A stretch of 64,000 nucleotides of DNA from Longimicrobiales bacterium (GTDB lineage Bacteria > Gemmatimonadota > Gemmatimonadetes > Longimicrobiales > Gaopeijiaceae), in contig CBDFMQ010000002.1 of the NCBI GenBank assembly GCA_965249725.1, positions 2,432,001 through 2,496,000 of the forward strand, given 5' to 3'. Shown here piece by piece: positions 55,502 to 64,000 of the stretch (positions are counted from its first letter, which is position 1; each line of letters opens with the position of its first letter). Position numbers and translations under genes: made by a program. A model generated the notes under the pieces. It saw only the letters and a list, made by a program, of their open reading frames with translations, ran no database searches and was not told the origin of the DNA.

Positions 55502-56419
55502 TCAGGGACGCGTCATGAGCCTCTCGCGCAAAGCCCCGGTAACGAAGTCCTCTTCGAGGAACGTCTTCGCCACTTCGTAGCCATCTTCCACCCGGTCGGA
55601 TACCTCCTCGACGAGCGGGAGATCTCCGGGAATGGCTCGCAGACGGGCCCGCTCCTCCTCGCCCGACGCCGCGGACGCCAACCCTGCCAGGAGAGCGAGC
55701 TCCACGTCCTCCGGACGTAGGTCCGCGGCCCCGATGAGGTCGGCGAGCGCGTCTTCAGTGCGGCCGAGGCTCACCAGGACCAGACCGGCCAACGAGCGAG
55801 CCCACCCATCCTCCGGATCGGCCGCCCAAGCCTTGGAAAACGCCTCCACGGCCTCGTCGTAGCGCTCGCCGAGGGCCATCGCTACGCCGCACTCCGTGAG
55901 CGCCTCGGGATCGTCGGGCGCGAGTGCGAGCGCCGCGGTGATCTCACGCAGGGCGTCATCGATCATCCCCTCGCGGGACAGATAGGCCCCATACATGGTA
56001 CGGACGAACGGCATATCCTCGCCCGTGAGCGCCGCGGTCCGCAGCGTCGATTCCGCGGCGGGATCGTCGAAGTGCGCCAGGCCGGTACCCGCGATGGCGA
56101 GGAGGTGGGGGTCGCTCGGCTCGGCAGCGACACAGGCTCTGAACCGTTCGTAGGCGATGCCCTCCATACCCAACTCGCGCTCGGCCACCCCCAGCCAGCA
56201 GAGCACAGCCGGATCGCCCGGATACCGTTCGAGGGTCTCGCGCAGATACTCCGCCATCCCGCTCCAATCACCTTCATCGCCCATTCCCACGGCCTGCTCC
56301 AACTCCTGATCCAACGCCGCGTCCGACTCGGACCCGCCTTCCGGCGCCCCGTCGAAATCGCTCTCTGCGTCGAAGCCGCTTCCCTCGCCCAACTCGCTCC
56401 CTTCGTCGAAGTCACTCAT
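55502..56419 (-). CDS. TPR-repeat protein with acidic N-terminus
   Basis: Repeats such as YGAYLSREG...ALALAPDDPEA; start coupled to the apgM stop. Confidence 0.8.
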   Translation of the reverse strand: MSDFDEGSELGEGSGFDAESDFDGAPEGGSESDAALDQELEQAVGMGDEGDWSGMAEYLRETLERYPGDPAVLCWLGVAERELGMEGIAYERFRACVAAEPSDPHLLAIAGTGLAHFDDPAAESTLRTAALTGEDMPFVRTMYGAYLSREGMIDDALREITAALALAPDDPEALTECGVAMALGERYDEAVEAFSKAWAADPEDGWARSLAGLVLVSLGRTEDALADLIGAADLRPEDVELALLAGLASAASGEEERARLRAIPGDLPLVEEVSDRVEDGYEVAKTFLEEDFVTGALRERLMTRP

Positions 56420-57633
56420 CAGGCGCCGTATTTCTCCAGCCGGGTGGCGTGGGACAGGGCGAGGGACATGAGGCTCTTGCCCGGAATCACGCCCAGATCT
56501 CCAGCCCTGCAGGCGGTTTCGCCGAACTCGGTCGCCGAGGGTCGCGCCCATTGGGACGCAACGAGTGCCGGCACATGATGCCAGGAGTGCTCCCGGTACA
56601 GGGCCGGCGTGGAGTGGTCGCCGGTGACGATCAGCACGTCCGGATTCAACGCCGTAATCCTCGGAAAGAGGGCGTCGATCTCCCCGATGGCGGCCGCCTT
56701 GCCCTCGAAGTCACCGTCGTGGCCCAGTGAGTCGGGATCCTTGAAATGCACGAAGTAGAAGTCGTAGTCGCCGTAGTGACCCTCCAGGATGTCTACGGTC
56801 TCCTCGTTGGATCCGGGGACGCCATCCACCGCCATCCCCACCAGGCTCGCGACTCCCCGGTACATGGGGTACTTGGCCACCGCCACGGCGCTGAGGCCGT
56901 ACCGCTCCTCGTAGCTGGGATAAGGCGTAAACTGGGCGAATCCTCGCGCCAAGAAGGTGTTGGCACGCGGCTCTTCCGCGAGGATCTCCCCGACCCGGTC
57001 GAGAAGGCCCTGGATCATCCCGGCCGTCGCCTCGGATCCCGCATCCGTCGCAGTCAAAGGAGCCGGTCTCAGACCAGTCCGCTGTGGGTCGGTGTCGTCG
57101 AGGTCTGCCCCCAATCCGGTACCCCGGAGGACGAGGACCGCACGGTGCTCCTTCTCGTGGATGAGCGAGACCTCCACGCCCTCGGGCGGACGGATCGTCG
57201 CAAGCACCTTCTCGATGACTCGGCGTCCATCCTCGTCCGAAGGGCGACCGGCCCGCCGGTCTGTCACCAGGCCATCGTCGTCGACCGTGGCGAGGTTCAG
57301 GCGAGCAGCCACGTCTCCCTCTTGCAGGTCGAACCCGACTCCCAGAGCGCTCAACACCCCGCGGCCGATCATGGAGGTGACGGGATCGTATCCGAAAAGG
57401 GAGAGGTGCCCCGGCCCGCTGCCCGGTGTGATCCCCTCGGCCACCGGCATGATCATGCCCAATGAACTGCGGGCCGCCAGCGCGTCGAGGTTGGGGGTCT
57501 CAGCCGACTCGAGTTCCGTCCTGCCCGTATCCGGATGGGGAAGGCCACCCAGGCCGTCCAGCACCACCAGGATTATCGTTCCGCCATCGACACCTCGGAG
57601 CACGAGGTCATGAGGGAGCGAGGGTTGCGTCAT
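56419..57633 (-). CDS. apgM: 2,3-bisphosphoglycerate-independent phosphoglycerate mutase (ApgM type)
   Basis: LDGLGG, TPNLD, PGSGPGHLSLFGYDP, DRRAGR, DSLGHDG, TGDHSTP, HSWH. Confidence 0.9.
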   Translation of the reverse strand: MTQPSLPHDLVLRGVDGGTIILVVLDGLGGLPHPDTGRTELESAETPNLDALAARSSLGMIMPVAEGITPGSGPGHLSLFGYDPVTSMIGRGVLSALGVGFDLQEGDVAARLNLATVDDDGLVTDRRAGRPSDEDGRRVIEKVLATIRPPEGVEVSLIHEKEHRAVLVLRGTGLGADLDDTDPQRTGLRPAPLTATDAGSEATAGMIQGLLDRVGEILAEEPRANTFLARGFAQFTPYPSYEERYGLSAVAVAKYPMYRGVASLVGMAVDGVPGSNEETVDILEGHYGDYDFYFVHFKDPDSLGHDGDFEGKAAAIGEIDALFPRITALNPDVLIVTGDHSTPALYREHSWHHVPALVASQWARPSATEFGETACRAGDLGVIPGKSLMSLALSHATRLEKYGA

Positions 57634-57832
57634 GGATCCGTCCCGATCACTTAGAGTGAGATTCGACACGACTGAAAACGGATCATCCCCGAGCTGGAGG
57701 ATGATCTGTTCGCCACACAGAGAACATAGCGAGTCCGTGGAGCCGAATCGACGCGTGGGTGTATCCGCGCATACAATGACCTACGGGACCCCGATAGTCC
57801 CTCGACAGCGTGTTAACCAGGAGGACCAGAAC

Positions 57833-58966
57833 GTGAGGTACAGCCCCTTCACTATGGAGCGGTGGCAGTCCACCTACGAGCACAGCGTGAGCTTCAACCT
57901 GTCGGAGAGCGGCGTACACCCGCTCTCGGTCTCAGAGCTCCTGGAGCTGGCCGACCTCGGGCCTGACAAACTGGACGTGCGCCTCGGCTACGGGCAGTCG
58001 AACGGAAGCGACGAACTCAGAGCGCGCATCGCCGCCTTGTACCCTGGAGCGACGGACGCATCGGTCCTGGTGACCATCGGCGGCGCCGAGGCCAATTTCA
58101 CGGCCTTCTGGCACCTTCTCGATCCGAACGTCCCGGCTGCGGTGATGCTCCCGAACTACATGCAGGTGCCCGGGCTGTTGGAGAGCTTTCAGGCGCCGAT
58201 CCTGCCCTTCCACCTCCTCGAGGAGGCGGGGTGGCAACCAGACCTCGAGGAACTCGAGCGGCGTCTGGAAGAGGGAGCCCGCTCCATTCTGGTCACGAAT
58301 CCGAGCAACCCGACGGGCGCGGTGCTGAGTTCGGAGTCGATGTCCGCCATCGTGGCGCTCGCTGAGCGCTACGGCGCCTGGATCCTGTCCGACGAGGTCT
58401 ACCAGGGCGCCGAACTCGGGGCCGAGCAGACCCCATCGTTCTGGGGGCGGACGGAGCGAGTGATGGTCACGAACTCCCTGTCCAAGGCCTACGGCCTGCC
58501 GGGGCTGCGCTTGGGCTGGGTACTCGGCCCGCCGGACATCATGGAGTCCATGTGGGGCCGTACCGACTACACGACCATCGCGCCCGCCAACCTGTCCGAT
58601 ACCCTAGCTTGCGTCGCCCTCGAGCCCGTGACCCGCGAGAAGATCCTCGCCCGCACGAGAGGCATCCTCAACAACAACTTGGATCTACTGACCGAGTGGA
58701 TGGAGGGTCAGGAGGGTCGCTTCACGTACCGGCGGCCCGACGCCGGAGCGATCTGCTACGCTCGCTACAGCACGCCGGTGAATTCGACCCAATTCGCCGA
58801 GAAGCTGCGGACGGAGATGGACCTGCTGGTGGTACCGGGAGACCAGTTCGGCATGGACGGATACCTACGGCTGGGGTTCGGACCGCCTGCCGACGAGCTA
58901 TCCGAGGCTCTTACCCGGCTGGGTGAGGCCTTCGATCAGGTCGAGGCGGGGGCCGCCGCCGGCTGA
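57833..58966 (+). CDS. PLP-dependent aminotransferase class I/II
   Basis: GTG after AGGAGG; NLSESG, NPSNPTG, SDEVY, SLSKAYGLPGLRLGW. Confidence 0.92.
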   Translation: MRYSPFTMERWQSTYEHSVSFNLSESGVHPLSVSELLELADLGPDKLDVRLGYGQSNGSDELRARIAALYPGATDASVLVTIGGAEANFTAFWHLLDPNVPAAVMLPNYMQVPGLLESFQAPILPFHLLEEAGWQPDLEELERRLEEGARSILVTNPSNPTGAVLSSESMSAIVALAERYGAWILSDEVYQGAELGAEQTPSFWGRTERVMVTNSLSKAYGLPGLRLGWVLGPPDIMESMWGRTDYTTIAPANLSDTLACVALEPVTREKILARTRGILNNNLDLLTEWMEGQEGRFTYRRPDAGAICYARYSTPVNSTQFAEKLRTEMDLLVVPGDQFGMDGYLRLGFGPPADELSEALTRLGEAFDQVEAGAAAG

Positions 58967-59137
58967 TCAACCCGAACGCAGCCAGTCTCCCAGGCGCTCC
59001 ATCGCGCGGACGAACTGGTCCGCCTCCGCCCGAGCGGACTCCGGCACGGATCCGGCCAAATCCCGGGCCTTCTCGACGTCCTCTGAGATCGTCTCGGAGT
59101 TCGACAACACCCAGATTTCTCTGAGTTGATCGATCAC
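58967..59137 (-). CDS. 56-aa hypothetical helical protein
   Basis: GAGGAG RBS + GTG: MIDQLREIWVLSNSETISEDVEKARDLAGSVPESARAEADQFVRAMERLGDWLRSG; stop abuts the aminotransferase stop. Confidence 0.55.
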   Translation of the reverse strand: MIDQLREIWVLSNSETISEDVEKARDLAGSVPESARAEADQFVRAMERLGDWLRSG

Positions 59138-59386
59138 GACTCTCCTCGAGGGGCCCTTCTTCGAGCTTTGGATTTCCCGTCTCCCAGCGTTGCCGTTACT
59201 GAACGATCACCACGAAGCGACCGGCGACGCAAGCGTGGGACACGTTGCGCCTCCCCCCGCTCCTGCCGTTATTACGGTCGCTTTCGCTCCGGTGGTGTCG
59301 GGGACCGACCCCGTGGCTGCCTTTTCCCAGGGAGGACGGGACATAACAAGGCACATCTCAAGCATCGATGACGTGAGGTCGCGCGA

Positions 59387-60880
59387 GTGACTCCGCGGGA
59401 TGCCCTGCACGATCTGGTGCTCTTGGTCAGGGCCGGACACCAGTTGATCCACCTGGATACGGACGAGGAGGAGCGCGCGTCAGGCCTGCTCGATTACTTG
59501 GCCGAGCAGATGGACCAGCCTCTGTTTACCTGGACTCGCATCCGCGGCCTGAGCCGCGTCGATCTGTCGGGAGCGGTCTACGACACCGAGAATCCGGCCA
59601 AGGCCTTCCGCCACGTGGCGGCCTCGCAGATGGCAGCCCTCTATCACTTCAAGGACCTCGGACCTCACCTGGGCGAGGACCCCATCCTCGCCGCTCAGAT
59701 GAGAGAGGCGGCGGAGACGCTCAAGGAGACCGGGGGCTCCATTCTGGTCACAGGCCGAAGCCTGACCTTCCCGGACGCCGTGGAACGGATGGTCACTCCC
59801 TTCGTCCTGCCTGGAGCGTCGGATGAGGAGTACCGAGATCTCATCACGCAGATCGTTCGCGACATGCGGAGCCGAGGTCACGTGGACGTGGACATGAGCA
59901 AGGAGGAGCTGGCCCTGCTCCTGCGCCACATGGCCGGTCTCACGCTCATGGAGGCCGAGAAGATCCTGACCAAAGCCATCATCGAAGATGGCAAGCTGGC
60001 CGTCGAGGACATTCGGCATGTGATCGAGGCCAAGATCGCCGTGGTCGGAAGGGACGGATTGCTGGAGTACTATCCCGTCGAATCCACTATGGAGAACATC
60101 GCCGACCTCCGGAGCTTGAAGGACTGGCTGGTGAAACGGAAGGCGGTGGTGACGCAGCCGGAGAGGGCGGAGGAGTTCGGATTGGGCTTCCCGAAGGGCA
60201 TGCTACTTCTCGGCGTCCCGGGCTGTGGGAAGAGCCTTTCGGCCAAGGCGGTGGCCGCCGAGTGGGGCATGCCGCTGCTCAAGCTCGACCCCTCCAACCT
60301 CTACAACAAGTACATCGGAGAGAGCGAGCGGAACTTCAAGCGCGCCATGCACACCGCCGAGCAGATGGCGCCCGTCGTGCTGTGGATCGACGAGCTCGAG
60401 AAGGCCTTCGCCACCGGAGGCAGCGAGGATGGTGGGGTATCTCAGCACATTCTCGGGAGCTTCCTTACCTGGATGCAGGACCGACGCGGCGATGTCTTCA
60501 TCGTAGCCACCGCCAACGACATCAGCCGGCTGCCTGCGGAGTTCCTACGGAAAGGCCGGTTCGACGAGATCTTCTTCGTGGATCTCCCCGACGCCGACAC
60601 CCGTGCCGAGATCTTCCGCATTCACCTGGAAAACCGTGGTAGAGCGTCTAGTGACTTCGACCTACACGCCCTGGGCGCCGCCACCCCCGGTTTCAGCGGA
60701 TCCGAAATCGAGGAGGTAGTGGTTTCAACCCTCTACTCCGCGTTCTCCGGGACGGATGACGTGACCATGGACTCACTCCTGAACGAGGTCCAGGGCACAC
60801 GGCCTCTCTCCACTACCCGGGCCGAACACATAGAGGAGTTGCGGGCCTGGGCAAAAGAGAGGGCGCGGCCGGCGAACTAG
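59387..60880 (+). CDS. Ycf46-like AAA+ ATPase
   Basis: GVPGCGKS, LWIDELEK, ATAND, RKGRFDEIFFVDLP, FSGSEIE, LRAWAKERARPAN. Confidence 0.9.
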   Translation: MTPRDALHDLVLLVRAGHQLIHLDTDEEERASGLLDYLAEQMDQPLFTWTRIRGLSRVDLSGAVYDTENPAKAFRHVAASQMAALYHFKDLGPHLGEDPILAAQMREAAETLKETGGSILVTGRSLTFPDAVERMVTPFVLPGASDEEYRDLITQIVRDMRSRGHVDVDMSKEELALLLRHMAGLTLMEAEKILTKAIIEDGKLAVEDIRHVIEAKIAVVGRDGLLEYYPVESTMENIADLRSLKDWLVKRKAVVTQPERAEEFGLGFPKGMLLLGVPGCGKSLSAKAVAAEWGMPLLKLDPSNLYNKYIGESERNFKRAMHTAEQMAPVVLWIDELEKAFATGGSEDGGVSQHILGSFLTWMQDRRGDVFIVATANDISRLPAEFLRKGRFDEIFFVDLPDADTRAEIFRIHLENRGRASSDFDLHALGAATPGFSGSEIEEVVVSTLYSAFSGTDDVTMDSLLNEVQGTRPLSTTRAEHIEELRAWAKERARPAN

Positions 60881-60899
60881 AACCGGACCCGGTTGGGAC

Positions 60900-61583
60900 T
60901 CAGAGGGGCTCGACACACTCCGGGACGTCGTTCGCCGGGGAGTTCACCAACGTCGACACGGGATATGCGTGCAGCTCGCCCTCGTAGGGTCGGAGGATCT
61001 CGAGGGCGTTCTCCGTCCGGACGGTCTTGTCGAGCCAGGTCGATCGCTCGTCCGCAGGCACGATGGCAGGCATTCGATCGTGGAGCGGACGGACCGCCTC
61101 GTTCGGCTCCACCGTGATGATGGTGAACGAAAAGACCGGTTCGGATTCTGCGCCGTCCCAACGCTCCCAGAGGCCGGCGAACCCGAGCGGAGAACCACTC
61201 GGATCGTGGATCCAGTGCGGCACCTTTCCCGCCCCTTCGCCGGTCTTTTCGCCGGTCTTTTTCTTCACCCACTCGTAGAAACCGTCCGCGGGAACCAAGC
61301 AGCGGCGTGCGACCGCCGCTTCCTTGAAGGCGGGTTTGTTCCGCAACGTCTCGGCCCGCGCATTGATCATGCGAGATCCGATGGAGATGTCCTTGGCCCA
61401 AGAGGGGACCAGGCCCCAGCGCATCAAACCCATCCGGGTGCCCTGCCGATCCGACGCCACTACGGGTGCCAGTTGGGTGGGGGCGATGTTGTACCGAGGC
61501 CCAAGGTCGAAGGTGACCGGAGGCACGTCGAAGACTTCGACGAGATCATCCATCGGAGTGGACAGGCTGTAGCGACCGCACAT
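60900..61583 (-). CDS. SOS response-associated peptidase (SRAP/YedK/HMCES family, abasic-site protection)
   Basis: MCGRY catalytic Cys2, RYNIAPTQ, INARAET, RCLVPADGFYEW, HDRMP. Confidence 0.95.
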   Translation of the reverse strand: MCGRYSLSTPMDDLVEVFDVPPVTFDLGPRYNIAPTQLAPVVASDRQGTRMGLMRWGLVPSWAKDISIGSRMINARAETLRNKPAFKEAAVARRCLVPADGFYEWVKKKTGEKTGEGAGKVPHWIHDPSGSPLGFAGLWERWDGAESEPVFSFTIITVEPNEAVRPLHDRMPAIVPADERSTWLDKTVRTENALEILRPYEGELHAYPVSTLVNSPANDVPECVEPL

Positions 61584-61605
61584 GGCTCGGACTCAGTTCA
61601 GTGGG

Positions 61606-62866
61606 CTATTGAGTCGAGTGCTCTCCGCGACGATCCACGACAAACCGATCCTCCTCCTCCGTCTTCTTCCGAAAACCGAGAAGGTGGAGGATCTCCAAGG
61701 CGAACCAGCGGGCCACGTGCTTGTCGGCCACGAGAGTGCCGGGCCGGGTCGGATGCCGTCTCACTCCGGGAAGCCAGTGGATGATCCGATCGAGGTGCAG
61801 GTGTCGCAGCAGGGCGGACACCTGCAACCAAGCAGGGTGGAACGACCGTACGATGAAAGAAGCCGTCGTCGCCCTGCTCCTGATAGAGCGGCATCAGGAT
61901 CCGGCCCGCCTCCGGGGACCGCACCTCACCACCACCGTTTCTCCCCAGTACCTCTCCACCCCTGACCGGCTTGAAGTTCTCGTAGCCCGGTCTCATGAGG
62001 AAGCCACTCCCCGGCTCGATGTGGTACTTGTGCCGCATTTCGAGCACGGGCGGCTGTCCGATCGCCTCGCGCGACAGACGCTCCCGGCCCTTCGCGACCT
62101 GGGGTACCACGTCCCGGGGAATGAGCCCGGCCGCCTCGAGTGCGACCCACACGGCTGCCTCCACCCGGTCGACCGCCTCCGGCTCATCGTGCTGTCCTCC
62201 CTCGAAGAGGGCGGCGATGAACCCTCGCCGGCCCATGTACTCCAGCATGGTACCGTCCACGAGCTCCTCGAGTCCGAGCACGAAGGGAACCTCGAGGCTC
62301 AACGCGAAGGCGCGGTTGCGCAGGGTGTCGCCCGCCGTGGTGAAGGCCCCACCCGGACCCGAGGTGGTGTGGATGTCCAGCACGTAGACCTGTCCGCGCG
62401 CGTCGGCCACCGCCTCGTCGAGGGCAGCGAGCAACTCGATCTGCTCGTGATCTTCGGGGCAGGACTTCAACGGACCGCCGTTCTCCATGAGAGAACTCAT
62501 GCGATCATTGCCCCAGGCGCGGTTCAGGTCCCTCCCGATGAAGCGGCAACCACGTGAGAGTGCGGTGAGGTTGCCCGCCAACGCGACGAGATCACCAGCG
62601 AGGGCGCCGTTCACGTGGGCGGTTGAGCCGCCTTTGGTGCCGGCGGTGGAACCGCCGTTGGTGCCGGCGGCGAAGCCGCCTTTGGGACCCTGGAGTCCAT
62701 CCAGAACTCTGCGGAGCCCCTGGAGCCCCGCCGGCTCGTTGCCGTGGAGACCACCGACACAGATTAGGGTCGGGCCCGCACGTTCCCCCCGGATTCGACC
62801 CAAGACCCGCTCGACGCCGCTCTCCGTCGCCGTTGTATTCTCTTCAATCCCCGGATGCTGTGTCAC
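61606..62866 (-). pseudogene. Succinylglutamate desuccinylase/aspartoacylase-family protein with 1-nt frameshift (or sequencing error) near 61857
   Basis: GGLHGNEPAG, DLNR, LDIHTTS, FEGGQH, LMPLYQEQGDDGFF; a plausible C-terminus (IVRSFHPAWLQVSALLR...LPGV...HLLGFR) continues in another frame; span is 3n+1. Confidence 0.75.
62603..62690. repeat. Degenerate 24-bp in-frame tandem repeat (about 3.5 units)
   Basis: Encodes PKGGFAAG-TNGGSTAG-TKGGSTAH-VNG. Confidence 0.7.
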
Positions 62867-64000
62867 TGGCTGTGTGCCGTTCCTCCGTCAGCTTGCTCTG
62901 CAGTAGCTGATACGCAATGGGCATGAAGTCCGCCTCACTCACCAACCCCACGAGCTTCCCGTTCGTGACCACTGGCAAGCAAGATACGGCGTTCTCACGC
63001 ATCATGTCGATCGCCTCTAGGGTCGGCGTCTCGGGCGTCACTGTGATCGGATCGACGTCCATGATCGTCCTGACCGGAACCGTGTGACTGACCCGCTCAC
63101 TGCCGAACTCGGACACCATCCTCAAAATCGATCGATAGGAGACGAGACCCACGAGACGGTGCTGATCGTCCTCCACGGGCACGTGCCTGATCTGCTTGCG
63201 ATCCATGAGGAAGGCCACCATCTCCAGCAGCTCGTCCTCCTGGACCGTAAACAGCTGGGTGGTCATGTACTGTTCCACTTTTGTGTAGTTCATCGTCCAG
63301 CCACCTGCTTCATCCAGTCGGGCCAACTCCCACTCGTGTCCAGGCTTCCGAGTATTCTGGTTACGGACCGAAGCGGCCGTGAGCGCGGCCAGGCGTTCGG
63401 AGCGCGTACCCTGGTCCCGCATCTCCTGCAAGGAGCGGATCATCCAGTTGGACCCCGTGCGCCGACTCTCCACCCGGTCCTTGATCACGCCCAGGTACTT
63501 GTCCAGCTCCGATGCGTCCACACGACTCGCCAGTCCGGCATGTGCCAGGGGAAGCAAGGTGTCGAGAATCAACTCGGGTGCGCTCACCTGCTCACCGTCG
63601 AGCCAATGGAAGCCCGCGTTGAGTCCGTGTCGTGACGCCGCCAGGAAGTTGTACTTGGCCTCGTCGAAGTCGAGCCTCTCGGTGATGTCACCAAACTCGG
63701 CTCTTGCGCCCCGCACGAGCCCGATCCAGAACACCGCGTTGGCCACCTCGTCGAGCACCGTGGGTCCGGCTGGCAGTGCACGGCACTCGATCCTCAAGTG
63801 CGGCTTACCCTCGGAAATGCCGTAGCAGGGTCGATTCCAGCGGTACACCGTGCTGTTGTGGAGTTGGAGCGTCTTCAGCTTCGGCACCTCGCCGGCCTCG
63901 ATCTGAGCGAACGGGTCTTCCCCGAAGTCCTGGGCCAGCAACACCCTGAAGTCCGTGATGTCGGCCTGGAACAATTCCGTCACCGACCGCTTGACCCACT
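62844..64000 (-). CDS. Glutamate--cysteine ligase (GCS2)-like protein with C-terminal CBS pair, N-terminus outside the window
   Basis: LQLHNSTVYRWNRPCYG, HLRIECRALPAGPT, NFLAASRHGL; CBS motifs IRHVPVED, VSCLPVV. Confidence 0.82.
   Translation of the reverse strand, partial: WVKRSVTELFQADITDFRVLLAQDFGEDPFAQIEAGEVPKLKTLQLHNSTVYRWNRPCYGISEGKPHLRIECRALPAGPTVLDEVANAVFWIGLVRGARAEFGDITERLDFDEAKYNFLAASRHGLNAGFHWLDGEQVSAPELILDTLLPLAHAGLASRVDASELDKYLGVIKDRVESRRTGSNWMIRSLQEMRDQGTRSERLAALTAASVRNQNTRKPGHEWELARLDEAGGWTMNYTKVEQYMTTQLFTVQEDELLEMVAFLMDRKQIRHVPVEDDQHRLVGLVSYRSILRMVSEFGSERVSHTVPVRTIMDVDPITVTPETPTLEAIDMMRENAVSCLPVVTNGKLVGLVSEADFMPIAYQLLQSKLTEERHTASDTASGD

Noticed and set aside
59387..61583. AAA ATPase plus SRAP as an anti-phage or prophage module
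   Set aside because: Convergent genes among housekeeping neighbours; no nuclease, effector or phage genes.

Overview
GC-rich bacterial chromosomal segment. The gene content (SusC/SusD, stand-alone TonB-plug lipoprotein, expanded Hanks kinase-TM-PD40 receptors) suggests Gemmatimonadota; this is an inference, not a search result. Left part (1-23.6 kb) is an accessory uptake/catabolic island: S9 and M28 peptidases, a FixL/FixJ-like two-component pair, four tandem secreted His-rich LVIVD-like beta-propeller paralogs, an OM beta-barrel, SusD, SusC, a plug-only lipoprotein, and a divergent TAXI-TRAP / FAD oxidoreductase / DHDPS-family operon converging on an enolase-superfamily gene. A shared 16-bp box (TACnAC-N4-RnnnTA) occurs five times, upstream of the response regulator, susC and the TRAP operon, suggesting one regulon: a PUL-like locus with no recognisable glycoside hydrolase. 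Middle (23.8-35.9 kb): three receptor Ser/Thr kinases, a zinc-ribbon orphan, a DUF5916-like protein and vapBC. Right: mostly core genes (ddl, cystathionine beta-synthase, TonB-C, mutS, GT4, copA, holA, ECF sigma/anti-sigma, NUDIX, two M16B pairs, apgM, aminotransferase, AAA ATPase, SRAP, desuccinylase-like, GCS2-CBS). Two small ORFs missing from the ORF track and two probable frameshifts were found. No rRNA, tRNA, CRISPR array, transposase or integrase was recognised.
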